Shown piece by piece: positions 1 through 11,173 of a DNA stretch of 64,000 nt (positions are counted from its first letter, which is position 1; each line of letters opens with the position of its first letter). A program made the position numbers and the translations under genes. The notes under the pieces are model-generated. The model did no database searches. It had not been told where the DNA came from and saw only the letters and a program-made list of their open reading frames with translations. This DNA is from Laetmonice hystrix (Eukaryota): NCBI GenBank assembly GCA_965235115.1, contig OZ249436.1:16990001-17054000 (forward strand), in the 5' to 3' direction.

Positions 1-225
1 ACACAATGGCAATAGCCTATCAACATTGTGAAGTCGCCATGGTAACGATTGATCTCCAAGCAGACGGGCCAAGATATGCGGTATGAGTTGAACATTGATC
101 AGAACAGCACGTGGCCCGTGTGTGTCTAACATTGATCCATCATTCTGGCTTCACCGACGAGACCCAAGCTGACAGCAGAGGACTGAAGGGCATTTCAAAT
201 TCACCTTCACATACAGGCCCGACAT

Positions 226-335
226 TGTCCTTACAACTCCCGGCCACATCAAACTCTGCCTCACCTCCACGTACCGGCCTATAAACTTTATGTCCTTACA
301 ACTCCCGGCCACATCAAACTCTGCCTCACCTCCAC
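226..335. repeat. 45-bp direct duplication
   Basis: tgtccttacaactcccggccacatcaaactctgcctcacctccac at 226-270 and 291-335. Confidence 0.8.
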
Positions 336-1074
336 ATCACATACCTGACATCCGTAGCTAATTTTGCCACATGCTTTAAACAATATGTTGGCAAGCTTTC
401 GATGAAAAACTTTTATACATTTGCAGTGAAACTTCAAAAGAATGGGATTTCTTGAATGTTATGCATCTGAAGGACACATTCACTACTAAACACTCTACGC
501 GCTCTCAAAGGACAGACATTTGTTTAACGTTCCAACTGAGTACGTCTAATGCTTTCTCGTTTGAAACCAGTCTGTTCCGAAAGAACAATCCATTATATGC
601 GAATCCCATTTGAAGATGAATCTGCCGAAATCTGCCGCCCCCTCTCCGCCACAAACACACACACACACAGTTAGTTACACGTGAGCGACCACGTGCCCCG
701 TTCTTAGACCAACGTAAACACACTTCTGATGCCGTCAAGCTATTTTTAGAATCATGCCGTCTCCCTTTCTATATCGACATAAGAATGGCGGCTGTCAATG
801 GTTTGTGTATAAAGATAAAAGCATCACCCTATGCCTACCATTACTGTACATTACCTCAACCCTCGGCCTAGGATTTAACCCATCGCCGTCAGGGGGCGCT
901 TTGACTGAATGATTTCACTTTGAATTAGGTTGACGTTCTATCATTAATGGTGAATGCCACACCGTATTGTGAAGCGTGCAGATGTCAATCAAATAGCAGG
1001 TCCCTAAGTTTCCTCAAATATTGCTGACATCAGCAACTTACCTTCCGCCTAACAGGTACATCCCATGTACAGTA

Positions 1075-1260
1075 CTCGCCTTATACGTATACTAGCACAT
1101 ACACAACCTCCCAGATATGGTGCCTTATACCTAGCACATACAACCAGAACCTCCCAGATAAGTCCCTTATCTGGCACATACACAACCTCCAAGATAGGTG
1201 CCTTACCTAGCACATATAAACCCAACCTCCCCGACAGGTGTCTTACCTGGTACACACCTA
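1075..1260. repeat. Degenerate minisatellite (~38-bp unit, ~5 copies)
   Basis: Recurring ccttatacctagcacatacacaacctcccagata-like unit. Confidence 0.65.
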
Positions 1261-2065
1261 AACTTCAATCAATCTCAACAATTCCACCTTAAATCCTCTT
1301 ATCCTCTCTTAAACAATAGTTTTACTTTTCCGTTCGGTACGACCATATTGCCCTCATGAGCTGCCGTACGTACCATGTGTACGTTAGGGGTAGGCTACAT
1401 GTGTGCACGTAGTGTACTATGTGTACGTAGGGTGCTATGTGTACGTAGTGTACCATGACTGTGTAGGCTACATTAGGGGACGTAGGGTGCTATGTGTACG
1501 TAGGCCTAGGGCACTACCTGTCGTAGGCCTATATCTAAACTTTCACTTCGTTTTGACAGTTGATCCTTATATTTAGTATCCGAGGATGATGGTGTATGCC
1601 ATTAATGACTGTGCACAGTTCTATGATCACCTGTCGATACCTGAGCTGTCATTGACTAGTTGCTGTCTCTGATCACACAGGTAATCTTCTGTTTGATCGG
1701 GTTCCCCCTCCCTGCCCCTGGTCGTCCGACAGTCTGGGATGTGACAGACTCTGGTGCCAGAAATCCTACATGGCGACACCCCACCCTCTACACTCGCCTC
1801 GACAGATGTTCTAAACGTACGATTCCGTGCAGTGATCGTCAATGACACGTGTTGATATGTGGGCGGGTCCCTGATTTAGATCATATGACGTCACTGTTGA
1901 CGTCACAACTACTTCTGTAATCAATGGCGGCGTGACAACCAAACAAGTACTTAACATCTACCGGTCTCAATCTGAAAACTGAATCACCTGTAATCACTCC
2001 TTGCAAGGGTCTCAGATTGCCATATCATTCCTAGGTCTTTGATATCAGTGAGCGAACGATCGTGG

Positions 2066-2115
2066 ACGTGTTGGCATCTCATGGCTGGCATCATTGCCAT
2101 GAGATGCCAACACGT
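2066..2115. repeat. Perfect 20-bp inverted repeat with 10-nt loop
   Basis: acgtgttggcatctcatggc (2066-2085) and gccatgagatgccaacacgt (2096-2115). Confidence 0.85.
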
Positions 2116-3404
2116 AAAAGGGGTTTATTATCTGCGGGGTTCTCGCGATCCAGGTCCATGTGTCCCAATTTCAGACTACCCCCTATCAGATTACCGGGGG
2201 GTAACCTGAAGCTAGCTTCAAATTACCCCCCGGTAATTTGAAGTTGGTTTCAAAAAGCCACTCGGTTAGGGTTAAGAAGGTAAGTTCAGGGTTAGGTCTA
2301 TTTGAATTAATTAGAATATATTTTTTTTCTTCCTACACCTGTGACGTCAGGACTGTTTTAGGATTGTTAATCAGCAAGGTTCAAATGCCGAAGCTTTGAC
2401 AAGAGAATTTCTATGGCCAATGCAAAACGTAAAACCAGGCAATTCCCAAACACAATAGGGAGTATATGAGGTCTGATGCATCCACTATAGACCGATAGAG
2501 GATATATAGGGCCTACCAACAATGAAGCATCTACGCCAACAATAGACGATCTGTAATGCGGGCAGCCGTTACACGATCATCCGGGTCTTACGTACGCAGT
2601 GGGTGGCGTCTCACACCAACGGGTCACCATACATGACTAAAGACCCTGATCCGCTGAGGCGATAATCCAAGTTGCGACGTCCATGCGTCCATTTTGACAT
2701 CACCCATTTTTACTGTGGTTTTGAGATTCAAGGATGGACATAGTCACATAATTTTCTAGAAACAGGGAAGGCCAGCCAGGAAAGATTAAAGAGTGGCATT
2801 CCACCATTAAATCCAAAATCATGGGCCTTTACTCAAAGTCAGCTGGGCTCTGTGATGACGTCCGACTGCCGGAGAGGGAACGAACTCCAAGGTCAGGCTC
2901 GTAACCTTTTTCTTAGAGTGGAGGAGAATCCGGATGAGCAGGCTGTCATAAAACTGTTCAGAAACGGCCACTGGCAATATCAGCAGACCAAGATAAAGAT
3001 GCCTGATAATAAATTACTGATTCACTCTTCGCTGTCATCCTTGGCTTGTCCAGCTTTCCCTCGCCATATCGCAATCTGCATCTCAAGACAACATCCCCAT
3101 CTTCACTTCAAAATCCATGTTTGTAAACCTTTAGATCGAGCCTCCTGTTTGCCACAATTTAAAACCCATATTCTGTAGGCATACCAGGCTGATCAGTCAG
3201 ATCAATATCCTGGTTACCAGGCCCACTGATTGCTGATCATCTATTTTGTTCTGACTCCATCTTTCCTCACAATGTTCTGACCGTTACCTAACTCCGTCCC
3301 TAAACCGAGGATGTATAGTGACGGTCATGCAGAAATGAGTAGCGACTAATCAACAAGGAACACGTTACATTCTCTCCCTACCACTACCTACCTACAGGAC
3401 CGGT

Positions 3405-3930
3405 CAGCTGTGAGCGGCTGGGGTGTGTTGGGATGGGTTGTGAGGGGCTGGAATGGGTTGTCCGGGGCTGAGGGGTCGTGGGCGGCTGGGAGGGGCTGGG
3501 AGGGGCTGAGGGGTTGTGTGGGGCTGGGAGGGGTTGTGTGGGGCTGTGAGGGGTTGTGTGGGACTGGGAGGGGTTGGGAGCGGCTGGGGGGGTGGGAGGG
3601 GGTGGGAGGGGCTGGGAGCGGCTGGGGGGCTGGGAGGGGTTGTGTGGGGCTGGGAGGGGTTGTGTGGGGCTGGGAGGGGTTGTGTGGGGCTCGGAAGGGT
3701 TGTGAGGGGCTGGGAGGGATTGGGAGGGGTGTGCAGGGCTGGGAGGGGTTGTGAGCGGCTGGGGGGGGGGGGCTGGTTGTGAGGGGCTGGAAGAGGTTGT
3801 GAGCGGCTGGGGGCTGAGAGGGGTTGTGAGGGGCTGGGAGCGGCTGGGGGCTGAGAGGGGTTGTGAGGGGCTGGGAGCGGCTGGGGGCTGGGAGCGGCTG
3901 GGAGCGGCTGGAAACGGCTGGGAGCGGCAC
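3405..3930. repeat. G-rich low-complexity tandem repeat
   Basis: Repeated ggggctgggagggg(tt)gtg / gggagcggct units; source of spurious Pro/Gly-rich ORFs. Confidence 0.9.
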
Positions 3931-4693
3931 GGCCGGTGAATAAGGACATATTGTTAACTTGTTAGCCGTGTTGGCCGTCAAAGGCGGCCTTTCACACCGC
4001 GACCGGCATCTCATCCGAGGACCCGGCACTGCTGCATGAAGAGACGCGTGTACAGGTCTTTACTACACAGCGGACGCGAGAGATCACTCAGGACTCCTTC
4101 GGGCATATGACGTCACTTCCTGCTATTCGAATATACCCTCGGGTGGATTAGTGGCCATGTTGGCAACCGGATACATGGCCAAACGGAGCTGTGCAGCGAG
4201 ACACTGAGTGAACCGTCATATCCAATCGAGCCAGGAAGCAGTGCATTATTGACACCTGCTCCTTTCGCGTTGTATGTGCAAATATAAATTTCTGGTATGA
4301 AGGGGAACGTTTGAAGAAGAAAAATGAATCACCTAATTTACCTAAATGGGTGTGATACAGTAATTTATCAAATTATGGGAGGCAATATGGCCGCGCCCAT
4401 GAACGACAACAACACGACACATGGTAGGACTAGCTTGTATCATGAACATGATATTATCGCAATATTGCCCACTGACTTTGGGGAAAGCACTGCAGGCCTA
4501 TTTTAGTTGCTTCCATGCCTGATGCAGGCAAAATACTGCAAGCACTGCCATGCTGGCGAGAGTCCCGGCTAAATGTACCCGCGATGCAATGCTCAAAATG
4601 GCGCCTATTTCACCCGAGGCTACTTTCGAAGATATGGCTGAGGATTCCCGAATGGCGAGAGATCCGTGTTTGGCATGAAGAGAACAAACAGGC

Positions 4694-6110
4694 GGTAAAC
4701 CGGCCAGTACCAGTCTCCGCACAGTTGAGGTAAACCGGCCAGTACCAGTCTCCGCACAGTTGAGGTAAACTGGCAGTTCCAGTCTCCGCACGGTTCTGCA
4801 GGTAAACCGGCCAGTACCAGTCTCCGCACAGTTCAGGTAAACTGGCAGTTCCAGTCTCCGCACAGTTCAGGTAAACAGGTTAGCCCCCCCCCCCCTTCAG
4901 TCTCCGCACAGTTCAGGTAAACCGGCCAGTACCAGTCCCCGCACAGTTCAGGTAAACTGGTCAGTCCCCCCTCAGTCTCCGCACAGTTCAGGTAAACTGG
5001 CCAGTCCCAGTCTCCGCACAGTTCAGGTAAACCGGCCAGTCCCCCAAATCTCCCACACAGTTCAGGTAAACCGGCCAGTCCCAGTCTCCGCACGGTTCAG
5101 GTAAACTGGCCAGTTCCAGTCTCCGCACGGTTCAGGTAAACTGGCCAGTACCAGTCTCCGCACGGTTCAGGTAAACTGGCCAGTACCAGTCTCCGCACAG
5201 TTCAGGTAAACCGGCCAGTCCCAGTCTCCGCACGGTTCAGGTAAACCGGCTAGTCCCAGTCTCCGCACAGTTCAGGTAAACCGGCCAGTACCAGTCTCCG
5301 CACAGTTCAGGTAAACTGGCAGTTCCAGTCTCCGCACAGTTCAGGTAAACCGGCCAGTACCAGTCTCCGCACAGTTCAGGTAAACCGGCCAGTACCAGTC
5401 TCCGCACAGTTCAGGTAAACTGGCAGTTCCAGTCTCCGCACAGTTCAGGTAAACAGGTTAGCCCCCCCCCCCCCCCTCAGTCTCCGCACAGTTCAGGTAA
5501 ACTGGCCAGTCCCAGTCTCCGCACAGTTCAGGTAAACCGGCCAGTACCAGTTTCCGCACAGTTCAGGTAAACCGGCCAGTACCAGTCTCCATACAGTTCA
5601 GGTAAACCGGCCAGTCCCAGTCTCCGCACGGTTCAGGTAAACTGGCTAGTCCCAGTCTCCGCACAGTTCAGGAAAACCGGCCAGTACCAGTCTCCGCACA
5701 GTTCAGGTAAACTGGCAGTTCCAGTCTCCGCACGGTTCTGCAGGTAAACCGGCCAGTACCAGTCTCCGCGCAGTTCAGGTAAACAGGTTAGCCCCCCCCC
5801 CCCTTCAGTCTTCGCACAGTTCAGGTAAACCGGCCAGTACCAGTCCCCGCACAGTTCAGGTAAACTGGTCAGTCCCCCCTCAGTCTCCGCACAGTTCAGG
5901 TAAACTGGCCAGTCCCAGTCTCCGCACAGTTCAGGTAAACCGGCCAGTCCCAGTCTCCGCACGGTTCAGGTAAACTGGCCAGTTCCAGTCTCCGCACGGT
6001 TCAGGTAAACTGGCCAGTACCAGTCTCCGCACAGTTCAGGTAAACCGGCCAGTCCCAGTCTCCGCACGGTTCAGGTAAACCGGCCAGTCCCAGTCTCCGC
6101 ACAGTTCAGG
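4694..6110. repeat. 35-bp minisatellite (~40 copies) with higher-order blocks
   Basis: Unit cagttcaggtaaaccggccagtaccagtctccgca; poly-C variant units recur at ~4878, ~5457 and ~5787. Confidence 0.95.
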
Positions 6111-7798
6111 CACCTAACCAGGCTGGGCCTGAACTTCGAGCTGCACGTGAACCCAACGCCTCCATCTCGAGACTGTCCGACGAGGGACCCCAGGACCGTT
6201 TGGGAGCCTGAGATATTGAAGGCTGATTTGCTGCATTTCCCACCAGTGCATGGTACCACGGGGAGTACCTGCTGTGATGATTCAGCTCTTTTACTCTCCC
6301 AGAATGATAAGACCTTTTGTTAAATGAACCAACCCAGGAAATATTGATCGAGTTCTTCATCGTGGCTACAACAAACTACTGCAACATATTGTTAATTTTG
6401 CTAGCCTAGTTTTCTTATGGCTTTGTGCAAAATAACTATAAGTCGAAACCATATAGAAATATGTTAGGCCTACATAAAAATAGGCTTAAAGTTAGAGTCT
6501 ATACTCTCACCAAGAAATACCACAAAACTAGCAGTCCGAACCCTCAGATTGTCGACTGCTTTATGAAGGACGATGACCTCGTTCCTGGACAGATTTTGAC
6601 CTTGAAGTCTCCTTTCCACCAGTCCGTCCAAGGTTACCTTTATCAAGGCCCGCTGACCTAGACTCAGGTATCACTGGTCAATTGCTCCTTCATGGCAGGA
6701 ATTTTTCATTACACCATTATTGACACAACACCGGGCAATCAATGGCTAATCTATAGACATGGTCCGTATGCCCCCCCCCCCCCCCGCCCCCCCCAACGAG
6801 AACCTCCACCTGCCGCCATCTGCTGGTATGTGCTTCAATCTGTTGGTCGAGCTTGCTACCAGATCAGCAGATGGAATGATGGCCGGGCATAGCCTTCAGA
6901 AACAGTGTTTCTGTTCAGTTGCATAAAGCACGAAATCTTAGCACGGAACTCGGGCAGAATCAATGAACGGCAACAATAAATTCTTTGACGATTATATCTC
7001 TACCGAAGACCCTCTTTTGTAAACCACCAAAAGCCACGCCTCTAAAACGGTGTCGTAGATCGTTCACCGTTCACGAATCGACCCCTGTTTTCCCTGTCTA
7101 CCGAACCCGGATTCTTTTAAACGAGTATCGCTGCAGGTGGTGGTGCGCTGACCACGTTTCCATGTTCCCACGGCGCGGCCAGATAGCTGATTGACACCGA
7201 GGATAAAGGCGGTAAAGGTACGCAATCAATAATGGAAGAGAGGCCTCATCATCGGCTGGGGCTGGGGCGGCGGCTGTCCGAACGAGGCGCGCAAGGCCGT
7301 CAGAGCGGTCTTCAGCGGGTCGGAGCGAGGCTGCGGGTCAAAGCGAGGCTGCCGGTCAAAGCTAGGCTGGCAGCAGACGCTGCGGGCTTCACGTCATGCC
7401 GTGACGTGACCTGGGCAAGGTTACCCCTGGACACGTCACGGCGGGGGAGGTGAGATGCGGTCAAGCCGCCCACACCTCGCTCCCACCGAATGACCCCATG
7501 ACCAATCATATTACAAGTAATTTTTACTGCAGGCGACTAACCCCAAGATTCAGTCACAACCAATCATATTACATGTACAACCAATTTTTACTGCACGGGA
7601 AAATTCTCTCTGGGGAGCGGAAATTGAATCGAACAGCTCTACGCGGCCATAAGCGCTTACCCAGTGAGGGACAGTCACGGAAGGGATGTCCACTGAGGCC
7701 TGAGAAGCTGGGACAAGGTATTAAAATACCAGTAGGCAGTACACGGACAGGTGTTACGAGATACGGGTGTCTTCAGCAGACATGGGGAGAGAGACCTG

Positions 7799-7924
7799 GG
7801 CCCGGTTCACAAACAAAGTAAAGTCAATTTTAATTAACTTGAAATCCATTTTAACCAATCAGATTCAAGTAAAATGGACCTCAAGTCAATTAAAATTGAC
7901 TTGACTTTGATTGCGAACTGGGCC
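7799..7924. mobile_element. PIF/Harbinger-like fold-back MITE
   Basis: Imperfect TIRs ggcccggttcacaaacaaagtaaagtcaattttaattaacttga / tcaagtcaattaaaattgacttgactttgattgcgaactgggcc; CTG direct repeat on both flanks. Confidence 0.75.
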
Positions 7925-8035
7925 CTGGTCCCATTCCTCAATACTCATCTTGAGTTGTCAAGGGGCATCGCGCATCCTTCTCGGCCTGGTGTCGCCGGCG
8001 CTGGCTGTCGGTCTCGGCCTCTGCCGTGCCCGTGG

Positions 8036-8313
8036 CGGGGGGGGGGGGGGGGCCTCGGGTGGCCGAGTGGTCTAAGGTGTTGGCTCATGACACCAAGGAC
8101 CATCGCCTCACACCGCTGCGGTGCGGGTTCGATTCCTGGCCTGGGCTGCACGTGTGAAAGGTTTGTCAGTCAGTTCCTTCCCGAAGGTCGGTGGTTTCCC
8201 CCGGGTCCTCCGGTTTCCTCCACCAAGAAAAACTGGCTTTCATCATCATCTTCACCGCCGTGATATGACCCTGGCTGTTGCAAGGCGTAAAACCCCAAAT
8301 ACCCACCCACCCA
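8036..8313 (+). mobile_element. Full-length tRNA-derived SINE with V/Meta-domain-like core
   Basis: A box TGGCCGAGTGG 8060-8070, B box GGTTCGATTCC 8126-8136, core ggtggtttcccccgggtcctccggtttcctccacc, (ACCC)n tail, 12-bp TSD ccgtgcccgtgg at 8024-8035 and 8314-8325. Confidence 0.88.
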
Positions 8314-8849
8314 CCGTGCCCGTGGGTTAAGGTTAAGGGTTGGGATAAGGTTATATTTATAGTGTGTGCTCGTGAAGCCCTGTCAACTCAAAGTTGTTCC
8401 TCCCACTGTCAGGATTTAATGCCAACCCTTTCCTGCCACAGTTGGCTTCGCCATCTTGCTTGGTCAACAATAACTTCACTCGGGATGTTCCTATTGGATA
8501 ACCAGAAATGCAAGCCAATTTTCATGAATCGCGCCTCATGCAGTGCTGTAATCTGATTGGTGCTTGCGGCATTGCAAGTAGACCGCAAGGAGAATTATTA
8601 GGTCGTAAGCAGATGGCGCTGCGATCTTTTCTCCGGTGAAAAAAGGCTGGCTGTCGTGAGGGGGGAGGATCGCTCGATGCGGTTCAACCCCGGGCGTGGG
8701 AGGATGCGTCCATGTGGGACCATAACCCACGAATCACTGAGTGTCTCCATGACTCCGGGGACTGCCACGAGCCAAATCTCTCCCAGCACCTGATAGGCTA
8801 AAACTAATTGTTCTTTGACAGATTGAACATCTTGTAGAATAAAACCTTA

Positions 8850-9507
8850 CCAAACCTAACCTTATCCTCTACTCCCGGCCCACAGACATCGCTCCAAACC
8901 TAACCTTATCCTCTACTCCCGGCCCACAGACATCGCTCCAAACCTAACCTTATCCTCTCCTCCCGGCCCACAGACCTCGCTCCAAACCTAACCTTATCCT
9001 CTCCTCCCGGCCCACAAACCTCGCTCCAAACCTAACCTTATCCTCTACTCCCGGCCCACAGACATCGCTCCAAACCTAACCTTATCCTCTCCTCCCGGCC
9101 CACAAACCTCGCTCCAAACCTAACCTTCTCCTCTATTCCCGTCCCACAAACCTCGCTCCAAACCTAACCTTCTCCTCTACTCCCGGCCCACAGACCTCGC
9201 TCCAAACCTAACCTTCTCCTCTCCTCCCGGCCCACAAACCTCGCTCCAAACCTAACCTTATCCTCTACTCCCGGCCCACAGACCGCGCTCCAAACCTAAC
9301 CTTATCCTCTCCTCCCGGCCCACAGACCTCGCTCCAAACCTAACCTTATCCTCTCCTCCCGGCCCACAGACCTCGCTCCAAACCTAACCTTATCCTCTCC
9401 TCCCGGCCCACAGACCTCGCTCCAAACCTAACCTTATCCTCTCCTCCCGGCCCACAGACCTCGCTCCAAACCTAACCTTATCCTCTACTCCCGGCTCACA
9501 GACCTCC
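8850..9507. repeat. 44-bp minisatellite (~15 copies)
   Basis: Unit ccaaacctaaccttatcctctactcccggcccacagacctcgct. Confidence 0.95.
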
Positions 9508-9588
9508 TTAAAATACTTCCCTCCCCCCTACCATGAGTTTCGTGGGAAGGTTACGCTGAGGGAAACCCCGTCCTTATTTATCTCTCTT

Positions 9589-10355
9589 CACTCTAAAAAC
9601 AGATTGGTTGAAAAAACTACCAATCTCATTGGTTGAGCCTATACTGGTTGTTTTAACCAACAGTTTGGTTAAGTCATAACCAATACGTTGGTTATGGGGT
9701 AGCCAATCATATTGTTTGCGATGAACAACCGACTTGTTACTGGATAACCAGCAATGTGGTCACGTGATGACTCTCACCTGCCCCTTTCTTTGTCTATACC
9801 CCGAAGTGTCATACACCTGTGATAGTCGGCTTATGAAACCGTGGGCATAAATTAACAATATGAATACAATCTTTGTAATGGTGAGTATAGAGTGTTATGT
9901 CAACCAGGGGCCTAATTAAGTGGGAGTTGCTGACATTGCTCATGGAAACACCATCTTTGGACGCTAGAGAACATAAGTATTAACTCCTCTGTAAAAGCAG
10001 TAGACATTATCATGCGGAGTAGCCTCTTAGGTTGCAGACGTTTGAATTTTCATCGAATGGAACTGTCTGAAATCATCAAGCCATATGAATCTATACTAAA
10101 AAAGCCAGATGTTTGTTTCTCGCTTATCATAATTTCATTAGTACATTGTATACATTATTATAATTAACCAATAATTTGGTTAGATTGACCAACGATGTTA
10201 GTTATTCCAACCAATATACATTGGTTGAAAAACTACCCAAACAAGATTGGTTGTTTTAACCAAGAGATTGGTTGGACATACATGTATTATCTACCAACCA
10301 GATTGGTTGAATTTAACCCATATCTTAGTCATTTCACCAATCTGTTTTTAGAGTG
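9589..10355. mobile_element. Non-autonomous CACTA/EnSpm-like DNA transposon
   Basis: Perfect 20-bp TIR cactctaaaaacagattggt / accaatctgtttttagagtg; many subterminal ttggtt/aaccaa motifs; no clear TSD. Confidence 0.8.
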
Positions 10356-11173
10356 AGAACCCTCAATCATTCTAACATCGCTGCGGCCCGGACACAGATC
10401 GACATCGTAAGCAATGAGTTCCAGCCAAGATATCATAAATTCTTCCTCATAATGATAACATATCATCGCCAAGGCCGAGCAAATCATATTCAGCATCTAA
10501 TTGGCTTCCCGTAAGCCCATCAATTACCCCTTCAACCCCGCCCCCTTAAATCCGCCATACCACCCCCAGGTCCCAGCCACCCCACACACCGCCAGCAACC
10601 CCTGCTTCCTCCAATCCGGCCATATCCAATTAGAGCACCACAATGTTCACACATACGCTGTGTCTGGTTCTTTTCGTGACTACCCAACAATATCTGAAAG
10701 GCTGAGTGAAAACATGAGCTCTGGGGAATTATAACTCACACCTACGCAGGCTCGGCCGTCAGCCTGATTTCTATAGCGAGATGGCGTTTACAACTACGGG
10801 CCGGCTAGACTTGGGCCAGTTGTGAGACGCCTGTTTCATTATCCTGTGCTGTGGTAACTGTGATAATTGTTTGAACTTTTCTAAAAAGCTACACCTGGGT
10901 AAGGCCTGGTGTCTATGATATTCACGATAGTTGTTATTTCATCAGGCTCATGTATCTGGAATGGAGTTTTGTAGAGATTCCGAAGTTCTCGACTCACCCC
11001 TTGGTTACTGCAGCACCCTCTATTCCCCTCCACGACATGGTCTAATATCTGGCTACAGTCTCACATACTGTTTCAGGCCTTTGCACACACATCATGTTGT
11101 GAATCTGTAATACTAGGTTGTACCCTGGCTGCAAGGCATCATTTTATAAAAGGTGACAAAGACTCTGTCCTAC

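Noticed and set aside
3388..4029. Long Pro-rich and Gly-rich ORFs (213, 181, 114 aa)
   Set aside because: Open on both strands only because of the G-rich low-complexity repeat; no splice or domain support.
6106..6360. 84-aa minus-strand ORF as a nested gene or RGS exon
   Set aside because: No recognisable similarity to RGS domains or R7BP/R9AP; it ends at the minisatellite edge.
8055..8145. tRNA gene
   Set aside because: A/B boxes are present but there is no closing acceptor stem, and it continues into a SINE body with tail and TSD. The same holds for 34930-35000.
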